This document shows positions 49,083 to 57,461 of a stretch of DNA of 64,000 nucleotides, piece after piece. The stretch lies in the NCBI GenBank assembly GCA_964573635.1, contig CAZNKG010000007.1:15993-79992 (forward strand). The letters are read 5' to 3'. A program made the position numbers and the translations under genes. Numbering within the stretch: the stretch's first letter is position 1; each line of letters begins with the position of its first letter. The notes beneath the pieces were generated by a model. The model had not been told where the DNA came from. It ran no database searches and worked only from the letters and a program-made list of their open reading frames with translations. The stretch is from an uncultured Desulfatibacillum sp. GTDB taxonomy: Bacteria; Desulfobacterota; Desulfobacteria; Desulfobacterales; SpSt-501.

Positions 49083-49973
49083 CTACTCCTCGACCTGCTG
49101 AATCCCCTCCAGGATCCAGAAGGCCTTCGCCGCGCCCTTTTCACGGCTGAAGTGCCAGATCTCGCGCACCGGGCGCGCCGGCTGCTCCGCCCCCCCCTCC
49201 CGCAGCGTCGGTTCGTAGAGCACGGAGGCGATCTCCCGGCCGCCCTCCTCCCGGACCTCGACCACGCGGGCGTTCAACAGCAGGATCTCCGTGCGGCCGG
49301 GCTCGGGGTCCTCCGCGGCCTGGCGGCGGATCTCGGCGAAAACCTCGGGGCTCGTGAACCCGCGGATGTCCTCGAGGTCCCGCCGGTCCCAGGAATCCTG
49401 CAGCCGCGTGAAGATGGCCTTGGCCCCTTTCAGGAACTCGTCGACGTCGAAGCCCGCCGGAACGGACGGGGCGCTTGCGCCGCCGGCCAGCCCGGAGGCG
49501 GCGCCGGCGCTCCCCCAGGCGGCGGCGTCGCCGCGCTCCAGGCCCGGAGCGGATCCGCCCCATCCGGCCGCCGCCCCCGCCGGCGCGCGGCGCGACCGCA
49601 GGAAGCGCATCAGCAAAAAGAGCCCGCCGCCCAGCAGCAGGATGTCGAGCAGCCCCGGACCGGCGAGGCCGTGCAGGCCGCCGCCGAACAGCAGCGAGCC
49701 GATCAGCCCGCCCATCAGCATCCCGCCCAGCATGCCGCCGAAGCGTCCGGGGGCGGCGCCGGCGCCCGGCCCCGCGAGGCCCGGCGCCGGGTTGGCCATG
49801 GAGGGCGATGACGGCGCCGGGGCAGGCGCGCTGCGCTGGTAGCTCGGCCGGCTGCCGAAGGAGCCTCCGCCCCCGAGCCGGCCCTTGGCCTCGGCCGCAC
49901 CGTCGAGAAGAAAAAGCAGCGCCACAAAGACCGCCGCGAACGCCATCCCCGCAAACACCGCGTTGCGTTTCAT
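49083..49973 (-). CDS. Tim44-like domain membrane protein
   Basis: I place the start at the ATG at 49973 (MKRNAVFAGMAFAAVFVALLFLL). Gly-rich linker and second TM helix, then a C-terminal Tim44-like domain (FDVDEFLKGAKAIFTRLQDSWDRRDLEDIRGFTSPEVFAEI...W). Confidence 0.7.
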   Translation of the reverse strand: MKRNAVFAGMAFAAVFVALLFLLDGAAEAKGRLGGGGSFGSRPSYQRSAPAPAPSSPSMANPAPGLAGPGAGAAPGRFGGMLGGMLMGGLIGSLLFGGGLHGLAGPGLLDILLLGGGLFLLMRFLRSRRAPAGAAAGWGGSAPGLERGDAAAWGSAGAASGLAGGASAPSVPAGFDVDEFLKGAKAIFTRLQDSWDRRDLEDIRGFTSPEVFAEIRRQAAEDPEPGRTEILLLNARVVEVREEGGREIASVLYEPTLREGGAEQPARPVREIWHFSREKGAAKAFWILEGIQQVEE

Positions 49974-50323
49974 TCGATCCACCTTGGGTGAAGGTTTCTG
50001 GCCAAGGGCCGCCGCCGGCTGCAGCGCGGCCCGATGTGATCGATTGATTACCATGCGGCGCCGCGCCTGGCAAGCCCTTTCGGGCCGCCCCCGGCCGGCG
50101 GACCCGGGAATTCATGAATTTCTAACCGCAACGCCATCATGAACTCAAACTGCCGCCGTAGCCTTGACCCGTCTCCCCGGGGGAGCGCCCATCGAAGCCG
50201 GAAGCGCGCGGCGCGCCGCCGCCCCGCCCGGGCGCGGCGCCCGGCGCGGGTTGCGCCGGTCGCCGGTCGTGCGGTAGGATGCGCCGCCGACGGCTTCCTG
50301 AACCCAATGCGTAGGAGGTTGTC

Positions 50324-51868
50324 ATGCGTTTGAAGTCCATCGGAAGGTTTGGCACGCTTTTGGTTTTGTCCATCTTCGTCCTGGCCGGCTGGGGGCTCGA
50401 GGTCCACGCCAAGCCGGCGCGCCAGAAAGTCAAGCACATCATCGTCTTCATCGGCGACGGCATGCAGCGCGAGCACGAGAACGCCGCCAGCCGCTACCTC
50501 TTCGGCCGGGAGGAGGCCCTCGCCTTCCACGCCTTTCCCTACTCGGGCTACGTCGCGACCTGGGACGTTTCGACCTACAACAAGTACGCCGCGAATCTGG
50601 GGGTCGCAGCCTATGCCCCCGCCGGGTTCAACCCCCTGGTGGGCTATGACCCCGCCAAGGGTGGGAAGAAGCCCTATCCCCTCCAGACGACGGGGATCGA
50701 CGACAGCTACTTCATCCCCGCCGGCGGGGCGAAGCCGTTTGCCACCGATTCGGCCTCGGCCGCCACGGCGCTTTTCGCCGGCATCAAGACCGACGACGGC
50801 AACATCGCCTGGCAGCCGGGCGACCCCCCCGACGGAGCGGTGCAGACGCTCGCCGAGCTCATGCGCGCGAAGACTGGGGCCGCGATCGGCGTGGTGAGCA
50901 CCGTCCCCTTCAGCCACGCGACCCCGGCCGGGTTGGTCAGCCACAACGTCAGCCGCAACAACTACCAGGCGATCGCCGCCGAGATCATCAACACGATCCG
51001 GCCGGAGGTGGTGATCGGCGGCGGGTACCCGGGCCAAACGGGCACCAATGCCTACAAATATATCGCCGAGGCCGAGTACTTGTTCCTCAAGTCCGCGGCC
51101 CCCGCGAACCCCTACGTCTTCGTCGAGCGCGCCGACGGGCTGGACGGCGCCGAGACGCTGCTCGCGGCGGCGGAGAGCGCGGCGGCGGCGGGGAAGAAGC
51201 TCTTCGGCCTTTTCGGCGGCCCGGGCGGGAACTTCGAGTCCCCGGTGGCCCACGACTTCCCCGAAACCCCGCTCGTCCTGCGGGCGACCGAGGAGAACCC
51301 GCTGCTGGCCGACGCGACGCTCGCGGCCCTGAAGGTCTTGAGCCGCGATCCGGACGGGTTTCTGCTGATGCTCGAGCAGGGCGACATCGACTGGGCGAAC
51401 CACGGAAACGACTTCAAGCGCATGGTGGGGACCATGTGGGACCTCCACCAGGCGGTCCAGGCCGCCGTGGACTTCGTCAACCGGCCAGACGACGAAATCA
51501 ACTGGGAAAACACGCTGCTGATCGTCACCTCCGACCACGGCAACAGCTACCTGCGGCTGAACGCGGTGCTCGAAGCCGGCGACCTGCCGCGCCAGGAGGG
51601 GGCGTGCGGCTATTCCAACGCCGCCTGCACCTACCCGGACGGCGAGGTGAGCTACCGCACGACCGACCACACCAACGAGCTCGTGATGCTCTACATCCAG
51701 GGCGGACCCGCCGCCCTCAAGATCAAAAGCTACGAGGGCAGCTGGTATCCCTGCACCCGGATCATCGACAACACCCAGCTTTTCCACTTTATGGCCGAAG
51801 CGGCCGGGGTCGCCGTCGACTCGACGCTCAGCCCCGCGATCAAGAAGGGCCGGTGCGGCGGCCGGTAG
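50324..51868 (+). CDS. alkaline phosphatase family protein (secreted)
   Basis: TAGGAGG SD. Signal peptide, then IVFIGDGMQ, the nucleophile region ATDSASAATALF, HATPAG, DWANHGND and TSDHGN motifs of the PhoA-type alkaline phosphatases. Confidence 0.8.
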   Translation: MRLKSIGRFGTLLVLSIFVLAGWGLEVHAKPARQKVKHIIVFIGDGMQREHENAASRYLFGREEALAFHAFPYSGYVATWDVSTYNKYAANLGVAAYAPAGFNPLVGYDPAKGGKKPYPLQTTGIDDSYFIPAGGAKPFATDSASAATALFAGIKTDDGNIAWQPGDPPDGAVQTLAELMRAKTGAAIGVVSTVPFSHATPAGLVSHNVSRNNYQAIAAEIINTIRPEVVIGGGYPGQTGTNAYKYIAEAEYLFLKSAAPANPYVFVERADGLDGAETLLAAAESAAAAGKKLFGLFGGPGGNFESPVAHDFPETPLVLRATEENPLLADATLAALKVLSRDPDGFLLMLEQGDIDWANHGNDFKRMVGTMWDLHQAVQAAVDFVNRPDDEINWENTLLIVTSDHGNSYLRLNAVLEAGDLPRQEGACGYSNAACTYPDGEVSYRTTDHTNELVMLYIQGGPAALKIKSYEGSWYPCTRIIDNTQLFHFMAEAAGVAVDSTLSPAIKKGRCGGR

Positions 51869-51992
51869 ATGCGCCGCCGCGGTTGCCTTCGCCGCCGGAG
51901 GAATTAAGTTTGGTCTCACTCGGGCCCGAAGGGCCGGGGGCGTACACCGCCCCCGGCCCGTGACTCCGGAAACAGCAACGAGGGGGGGCGGC

Positions 51993-52235
51993 ATGATCCG
52001 GATCTCGAAGGCGACGGGTTGGGATGTTCCGCAAGTGATCGATGCCGCCGAGCGCTTCTTCGGCCCGGCCGGGATCGGGCTGCCCGAGCGGGAGCGCGGG
52101 CCGTGCGGCATCGTTTTCGCCGGCGCGGACGGGTACGTCGCGGTGCAGGTCGTCGAGGAGGCGGCCGGCCGCCGGGTCGACGTCGAGAGCCGCGAATACG
52201 AATACCACGCCAAAAAGTTCCTCTCCGCCCTCTGA
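51993..52235 (+). CDS. small hypothetical protein, 80 aa
   Basis: G-rich SD (AGGGGGGG) ahead of the ATG at 51993. GC3-rich codons. No recognisable family. Confidence 0.35.
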   Translation: MIRISKATGWDVPQVIDAAERFFGPAGIGLPERERGPCGIVFAGADGYVAVQVVEEAAGRRVDVESREYEYHAKKFLSAL

Positions 52236-52441
52236 CCTTCCGCCGTGCCGTTCGCCGCCATCCGGTCTCCGGCCCGGCGCATCCCGGCGCGGTTGCTTTT
52301 TCCCCGCCCATGGCGTAACTGCTCAACCGGAAGGCGCGGAAGGCGCGGCGGCCCCCGGGATTGCCGGGAACAGCCCGCCCGCCGGCCGTGCGCCGCGTTG
52401 ATCATGCGGTCGCGGGCGAACCGCAGGCAAAGGAGAAGGCC

Positions 52442-52978
52442 ATGGCGGACATCAAGGGGCGCATGCTGCGGGCGGCCAAGCTGGAGGTCGGTCTCTACCG
52501 CGAGGTCGAGGCCGATCCGCAGGCCATGGGACAGGCCATGACGGTGGTCGTGCTCTCGGGGGTGGCGGCCGGGATCGGGTCGCTCGGGGTCCTGGGGTTC
52601 AACGGGCTGGTCATCGGCACCCTCTCGGCCCTCGTCGGCTGGTACGTCTGGGCCTACCTCACCTACCTGATCGGCACGCGTCTGCTGCCCGAGCCGCAGA
52701 CCCGCGCCACGCACCAGGAGCTGCTGCGCACCATCGGCTTCGCGAGCGCTCCGGGGCTGATCCGGGCTCTCGGGATCATCCCGGGGCTTCAGGCGCTCAC
52801 CTTCATCGTCGCCAGCCTCTGGACGCTCGCGGCCATGGTGATCGCCGTGCGCGAGGCGCTCGACTACACGAGCACGCTGCGCGCGGTGGGGGTCTGCGTC
52901 ATCGGGTGGATCGTCCAGTCCTTTCTCGCCTGGGTCTTCTTTTCGCTTTTCGGCGGCATGGGGACCCCGGCCGGCTGA
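52442..52978 (+). CDS. Yip1-domain family membrane protein
   Basis: AAGGAG SD at 52430-52435. N-terminal segment RMLRAAKLEVGLYREVEADPQAMGQA followed by 4-5 TM helices, the usual bacterial YIP1 architecture. Confidence 0.6.
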   Translation: MADIKGRMLRAAKLEVGLYREVEADPQAMGQAMTVVVLSGVAAGIGSLGVLGFNGLVIGTLSALVGWYVWAYLTYLIGTRLLPEPQTRATHQELLRTIGFASAPGLIRALGIIPGLQALTFIVASLWTLAAMVIAVREALDYTSTLRAVGVCVIGWIVQSFLAWVFFSLFGGMGTPAG

Positions 52979-53001
52979 GCGCCCCGCCGGGCGGCCGCCG
53001 G

Positions 53002-54078
53002 TCAGCGGGCGGAGGCCGGCCGCCGGAAATGGCGATAGAGCGTCACCGCCAGGGTCGCGGCCGTCAGCGGGATCACAAAGGCGAGCATCGTCCATCCGAA
53101 CGCGGCCTGGGCGTCGTGGTCGAGTGCTTCCAGAATCAGGTAGGCGACGTAGGCGGCGTAGTAGAAGAGAAAAAGCGCCCCTTCCCAGCGGTTGATCACA
53201 TGACCGGTGGCGAAGATCGGCAGGCAGGCGAGAGAGGCGGCGAGCATCACCGGGAGATCGAACCAGAGCGCCGCCGGGGACACCGCCACCCCGCCCGCGC
53301 TCACAAGGGCGGAGGCGCCCAGCACGCCCAGGATGTTGAAGATATTGCTTCCGACGACGTTTCCGACCGCGATGTCGCGCTCGCCGCGCCAGGCCGCGAG
53401 CAGCGAGGTCGCCGCCTCGGGCAGGCTGGTCCCGAAGGCGACGACCGTGAGCCCGATGATGAGCTCGCTCAAGCCGAGCGCCCGGGCGATGGCGACCGCC
53501 GCGTCGATCAGCCAGGCGGCCCCCGCGACCAGCAGGACCAGCCCCGCCGCCGCAAGGCCGATGCAGGCGGCGCTTCCCGTAGGCCAACCGCCGGCCGTCG
53601 GCTGCGGGAGGCCGGCGCCGCCCCCCTCCTCCCGCATCGCCCGCCTGACCTGGGCTCCGAGATAGACGGCGAGCAGACCGCTCAGGGCAAGCCCGTCGAG
53701 CCGACCGACACGGCCGTCGGCCGCGAGGAGCAGCAGCAGCAGGCCTGCGCCCAGCATGACCGGGACCTCCGTCCAGATCAGCCGCCGCGTGACCGCGAGC
53801 GGCGCGAGCAGCGCCGAGGCCCCGAGGATGAAGAGCACGTTCATGATGTTGCTGCCGACGACGTTTCCGAGGCTCACGTCCGCCCGGCCGAACCAGGCCG
53901 CCTTCACGCTGACGATCATTTCCGGCGAGCTCGTCCCGACAGCGACCACGGTCAGCCCCACCACGACCGGCTTGAGACCGAGCCGCAGCGCGAGGCGCGA
54001 GGCGCCGCGCACGAGCGCCTCGGCGCCGAGCAGAAGCAGCGCGAGGCCGGCGGCGAAATGGAACAGCGTCAGTCCCAC
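53002..54078 (-). CDS. CaCA-family calcium/cation antiporter (YrbG-like)
   Basis: Two alpha-repeat signatures, GTSSPEMIVS...GNVVGSNIMNVLFILG and GTSLPEAATS...GNVVGSNIFNILGVLG. I propose the GTG at 54078 as the start, overlapping the meaB stop by 10 nt. The track start at 54234 lies inside meaB. Confidence 0.8.
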   Translation of the reverse strand: MGLTLFHFAAGLALLLLGAEALVRGASRLALRLGLKPVVVGLTVVAVGTSSPEMIVSVKAAWFGRADVSLGNVVGSNIMNVLFILGASALLAPLAVTRRLIWTEVPVMLGAGLLLLLLAADGRVGRLDGLALSGLLAVYLGAQVRRAMREEGGGAGLPQPTAGGWPTGSAACIGLAAAGLVLLVAGAAWLIDAAVAIARALGLSELIIGLTVVAFGTSLPEAATSLLAAWRGERDIAVGNVVGSNIFNILGVLGASALVSAGGVAVSPAALWFDLPVMLAASLACLPIFATGHVINRWEGALFLFYYAAYVAYLILEALDHDAQAAFGWTMLAFVIPLTAATLAVTLYRHFRRPASAR

Positions 54079-55007
54079 GGCCGGCCCATGACGGCGGCAA
54101 TGATCCGCTCGGCCGCGGTGTAGGGGTCGACCGCGCGGCGGCCGAGCTCCTCGCGCAGGCGCGCCAGCCCGGGGGACTCCGCGAACAGCCGCCGGGCGGC
54201 CATCTCCATGACGATCTCGCGCAGCAGCCCCCACTCATCCGCCGCGCGGCGCGCCGCCATCCGGCCGTCGGCCTCGAGCGCGCCGCGCAGCGCCAGCAGC
54301 GCCTCCACCAGGCGGTCGACGCCCTGGTTGGCGGTGGCCACGGTCAGCAGCACCGGCGGCTTCGGGCCGCTGCGCCGGCCGGCCGCGAGCGACGCGAGCA
54401 TGGCGGCCAGCTCCTCGGCCCCGGGGAGATCGGCCTTGTTGACGACGTAGATATCGGCGATCTCGAGCAGGCCGGCCTTCATGGCCTGGATCTCGTCGCC
54501 CAGGCCGGGGACGCTCACGACCGCCGTCGCGTGGGCGCAGGCGGCGATCTCCACCTCGCCCTGCCCCGCCCCGACCGTCTCGATCAGGATCACGGCGCAC
54601 CCCATCGCGTCCATGACGAGCGCCGCCTCGCGCACGCTGCGGCCGATGCCGCCGCCGGGGCGTCCGCGCGAGGCCATGGAGCGGATGAAGACCCCCGGGT
54701 CGGCCGCGTGCGCCTGCATGCGGATGCGGTCGCCCAGGAGCGCGCCGCCGCTGTAAGGGCTCGAGGGGTCCACCGCCAGGACCCCCACCGTGAGTCCGCG
54801 GCCGCGCAGCCCCCCGATCAGCCGTGACACGAGCGTCGATTTCCCCGCGCCGGCCGGCCCGGTCACGCCGATCCGATAGGCCCGCCCGGTGTGGGGGTAG
54901 AGCGCCTTGAGCGCCTGCCGCCCGGCGGGATCGCCGCTCTCGAGCAGGGTGATCAGGCGCGCGGCGTCGAGCGGGCTTCCCTGGAGGATTTTTTCGATCG
55001 CGACCAT
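54069..55007 (-). CDS. meaB: MeaB/ArgK-family G3E GTPase (methylmalonyl-CoA mutase-associated chaperone family)
   Basis: Starts MVAIEKILQG at the ATG at 55007. P-loop GPAGAGKSTLV, then VDPSSPYSGGALLGDRIRM, ETVGAGQ and VNKAD motifs. The track ORF 54069..55895 over-extends through the next gene in another frame context. Confidence 0.85.
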   Translation of the reverse strand: MVAIEKILQGSPLDAARLITLLESGDPAGRQALKALYPHTGRAYRIGVTGPAGAGKSTLVSRLIGGLRGRGLTVGVLAVDPSSPYSGGALLGDRIRMQAHAADPGVFIRSMASRGRPGGGIGRSVREAALVMDAMGCAVILIETVGAGQGEVEIAACAHATAVVSVPGLGDEIQAMKAGLLEIADIYVVNKADLPGAEELAAMLASLAAGRRSGPKPPVLLTVATANQGVDRLVEALLALRGALEADGRMAARRAADEWGLLREIVMEMAARRLFAESPGLARLREELGRRAVDPYTAAERIIAAVMGRPWD

Positions 55008-55021
55008 GGCCGTTGCGCGAA

Positions 55022-55939
55022 TCACGCCACCGGGGTGAGCCACTCCTGAAAGCGCGTCTCCCGGCCCTCGACGAGCGCGCGGAAGAAGTCGGCGAACCGC
55101 CGCTCGACCGGTCCGGGAATCGGAGGAAGCTCGCGTTCTTCGATGCGCCGGACCGGCATCACCTTGAAGGGCGTGTTCACGAAGAAGATCTCCTCGGCCT
55201 CGAAGAGCAGCTCCGGCCGCAGGCGGCCTTCGTGCGCCTGGATCCCGAGGTGCGCGGCGGCCTCGAGCACGGAGCGGCGGGTCAGGCTTTCGAGCACGGT
55301 GCCGAGGCAAGGGGTGCAGAGCCGCCCCGCCTTGACCAGGAAGATCGACTCGGTTGCGCCCTCGGCGATGAAGCCCTGGGTGTCCAGCATGACGGCGTCC
55401 TCGAAGCCGCGCCGGCGGGCCTCCAGGCGCGCGACCATGCCGTTCAGGTAGTTCGCCGCCGCCTTGGCCTCGACCGGCACCGTCTGGGGGTCGAGCTTGC
55501 GCCAGCGCGAGATCGCCACCGTGGTGCCGCGGCCGAAATCGAAGCCGAGCCCCTTCAGGTCGGCGCCGGGGTCGAGGGCGAAGACGGCGACGGCGAGCGG
55601 GGCGTCGGGCGGCATGACATCGAGGGCGACCTGGGGATAGAAGCCGACCACCTTGACGACCCCGGAGGCCAGGCGGTTGCGGCGCACGGTCTCGGCGACC
55701 GCCGCGCAGAAATCGTCCTCGGCGAACGGCAGCCGCATGTCGAGGAGCGCGGCCGACCGGAAGAACCGCGCGGCGTGGTCCCGCAGCCTGAAAACGGCCG
55801 GTCCGCGGGGCGTGGCGTACAGGCTGAGCACCTCGAAGATGGTCGAGCCGCGCGCAAAACCGTGGCTCATCATGTGCACCTGGGCCTGCGGCCACGGCAC
55901 GAAGCGGCCGTCCAGATAGACCGTGCGCTCCTCCAGCAT
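55022..55939 (-). CDS. class IV (branched-chain amino acid / D-amino acid) aminotransferase
   Basis: GGAGG SD upstream of the ATG at 55939 (MLEERTVYLDGRFVP). Fold-type IV pattern: FEVL, the AKAAANYLNGMVARLEARRRGFEDAVMLD segment, EGATESIF and SLTRRSVLE. Confidence 0.8.
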   Translation of the reverse strand: MLEERTVYLDGRFVPWPQAQVHMMSHGFARGSTIFEVLSLYATPRGPAVFRLRDHAARFFRSAALLDMRLPFAEDDFCAAVAETVRRNRLASGVVKVVGFYPQVALDVMPPDAPLAVAVFALDPGADLKGLGFDFGRGTTVAISRWRKLDPQTVPVEAKAAANYLNGMVARLEARRRGFEDAVMLDTQGFIAEGATESIFLVKAGRLCTPCLGTVLESLTRRSVLEAAAHLGIQAHEGRLRPELLFEAEEIFFVNTPFKVMPVRRIEERELPPIPGPVERRFADFFRALVEGRETRFQEWLTPVA

Positions 55940-56022
55940 CGCTCCCTCCTCCCGGGTCATCCCGGCTTGCGGGCCCGCCCCCTTTGCGCCGCGCCGGGCC
56001 GGCCGGTTGGCGTCGCCGCGGC

Positions 56023-56661
56023 TCACGGCTCGAGGCCGAACCGCAGCCACTTGAAACGGTTCTGGGTCTCCGCCGGCACGTCGCGGCCGATGCGGCCCAT
56101 GAAGATGTTCTCCGGCTTCAGGCAGATGTTGGGCTCGTTCGTCTGATATTCGACGAAGCCGAACGGCTCGAAGAGCCGCTCCATCATGCGGCGGTACTCC
56201 GGCGCGCTCATCCGATTGCCGTCGAGATCCCAGGTCCACGAGTAGCCCACGAAATAGGCGATTTTCTCCTCGATCAGCGGGTGGATCATCATCATCCGGA
56301 CCAGGCTGCCGGCGATCCGCTGGTGACGCCAGTCGCGGCTCACCTCGATCGCGTTCACCTCCATCATCACCCGCGGCGCGAGCCGCGACCAGCGCTCGTC
56401 CGGGTCCGGGTAGGCGAGGACCGCAAAGCCGACGATGCGGCCGCCCTCGGCCACCGCCAGCACCACGTTCGCGTCCTCGGCCTCCGCCTTGCTCTCCAGG
56501 CTTTCGCGCCGGGTGTAGAGCGAGCGGTAGTGGGCGTGGGTGCCGAACTGCGGGTCGAAGACGAGCTGCCGGATCTCCGCGGCCCGGCAGAAGGCGCGCA
56601 CCGCCAGGCGCCCCCGGCCGGTTTCGAGAAGGATTTCGTGCTGCGGGCGGCGTCCTCCCAT
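56023..56661 (-). CDS. AcuA-like GNAT protein acetyltransferase
   Basis: The tail of track ORF 56023..57264. By eye it is co-linear with Bacillus AcuA as I remember it: IVGFAVLAYPDPDERWS, NAIEVSRDWRHQRIAGSL, YSWTWDLDGNRMSAPEYRRMMERLFEPFGF, and ENIFMGRIGRDVPAETQNRFKWLRF. The ATG at 56661 lies 2 nt after the upstream GNAT stop. Confidence 0.6.
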   Translation of the reverse strand: MGGRRPQHEILLETGRGRLAVRAFCRAAEIRQLVFDPQFGTHAHYRSLYTRRESLESKAEAEDANVVLAVAEGGRIVGFAVLAYPDPDERWSRLAPRVMMEVNAIEVSRDWRHQRIAGSLVRMMMIHPLIEEKIAYFVGYSWTWDLDGNRMSAPEYRRMMERLFEPFGFVEYQTNEPNICLKPENIFMGRIGRDVPAETQNRFKWLRFGLEP

Positions 56662-56663
56662 GT

Positions 56664-57218
56664 TCAGAAATCGCCCCAGTCGCGGTGCAGCCGCTTGGTC
56701 ATGATCAGAAGATCGTGCAGCTTTCCCCGCGGGTCGATCACGAAATCCTCCAGGATGCCTTTCTTGAAGAAGTCGAGCTTGTAGGCCGTCTCGATGGCCG
56801 CCGCCTCGATGCCGACCACGAAGTCGGCCCGGAGCTCGCGCAGCCCCTTGTCCATCGCCACGTGGATGAGGTCGAGCAGCATCCAGCTCCCGAGCCGCTT
56901 GGAGCGGTATTCCGGCATCACGATGATGCGCAGCCGCCCCTGGTGGTGGTAGCAGCCGGTCGGCCGGGTGTGCAGCCGGGCATGGGCCACGATGCGGCCG
57001 CCCGCGAGGGCGATGATCGAAAAAACCCCTTCGCGGCCCTGGACCCAGGCGCGGATCACCCCGGGGTCCATCACATCGTAGCGCATGTACCAGCGGTCTT
57101 CGTCGGGGATGTCGGCATAGAACTGCCTGAGCAGCGCCTCGTCCGCCTCGGCCAGGGGCCGGATCAGCGCCTCCTGGGCATCCTTGAGCACCACCTCTTT
57201 GGGGTATTTCACCGGCAC
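56664..57218 (-). CDS. GNAT-family N-acetyltransferase
   Basis: 184 aa with a GNAT core (LRIIVMPEYRSKRLGSWMLLDLIHVAMDKG is the acetyl-CoA-binding beta4-alpha3 region). Confidence 0.7.
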   Translation of the reverse strand: MPVKYPKEVVLKDAQEALIRPLAEADEALLRQFYADIPDEDRWYMRYDVMDPGVIRAWVQGREGVFSIIALAGGRIVAHARLHTRPTGCYHHQGRLRIIVMPEYRSKRLGSWMLLDLIHVAMDKGLRELRADFVVGIEAAAIETAYKLDFFKKGILEDFVIDPRGKLHDLLIMTKRLHRDWGDF

Positions 57219-57340
57219 GCTCCTCCTGTCGACGATGGACCCGTTTGCGGTGCGCCGCGGTCATGAGCGGCGTGCGGCGCGCGGTCAGCTAACCACCGCG
57301 CCGCAAGCCTGTCAAGAGCCTCGGCGCACATATTTTTCTC

Positions 57341-57375
57341 TTGACTCGGAGCGGATGTAGCTAATATATAGCTAC
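57341..57375 (+). promoter_or_regulatory. candidate sigma-70-type promoter for bamA with an overlapping inverted repeat (possible operator)
   Basis: TTGACT at 57341-57346. An AT-rich -10 candidate lies in TAATATATA (57362-57370), giving a spacer of 15-18 nt depending on which hexamer is used. The inverted repeat GTAGCTA-atata-TAGCTAC spans 57357-57375. All of this sits in a rare AT-rich island about 90-120 nt upstream of the bamA ATG (57462), which has an AGGAG SD at 57451-57455. Confidence 0.4.
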
Positions 57376-57461
57376 GTAAAGAATAAATCCGGTTCGGTCC
57401 GGGTCCGGGGCATTTGGTCCTTAAAATTCTGAAACCAATCGTAAAATAAAAGGAGACCATC

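Noticed and set aside
50109-50120. A perfect 12-bp palindrome, AATTCATGAATT, about 200 nt upstream of the alkaline phosphatase gene, read as a possible Pho-type regulatory site.
   Set aside because: It does not resemble the direct-repeat Pho box. It is a single short AT-rich palindrome far from the SD and ATG, and I have no supporting promoter elements.
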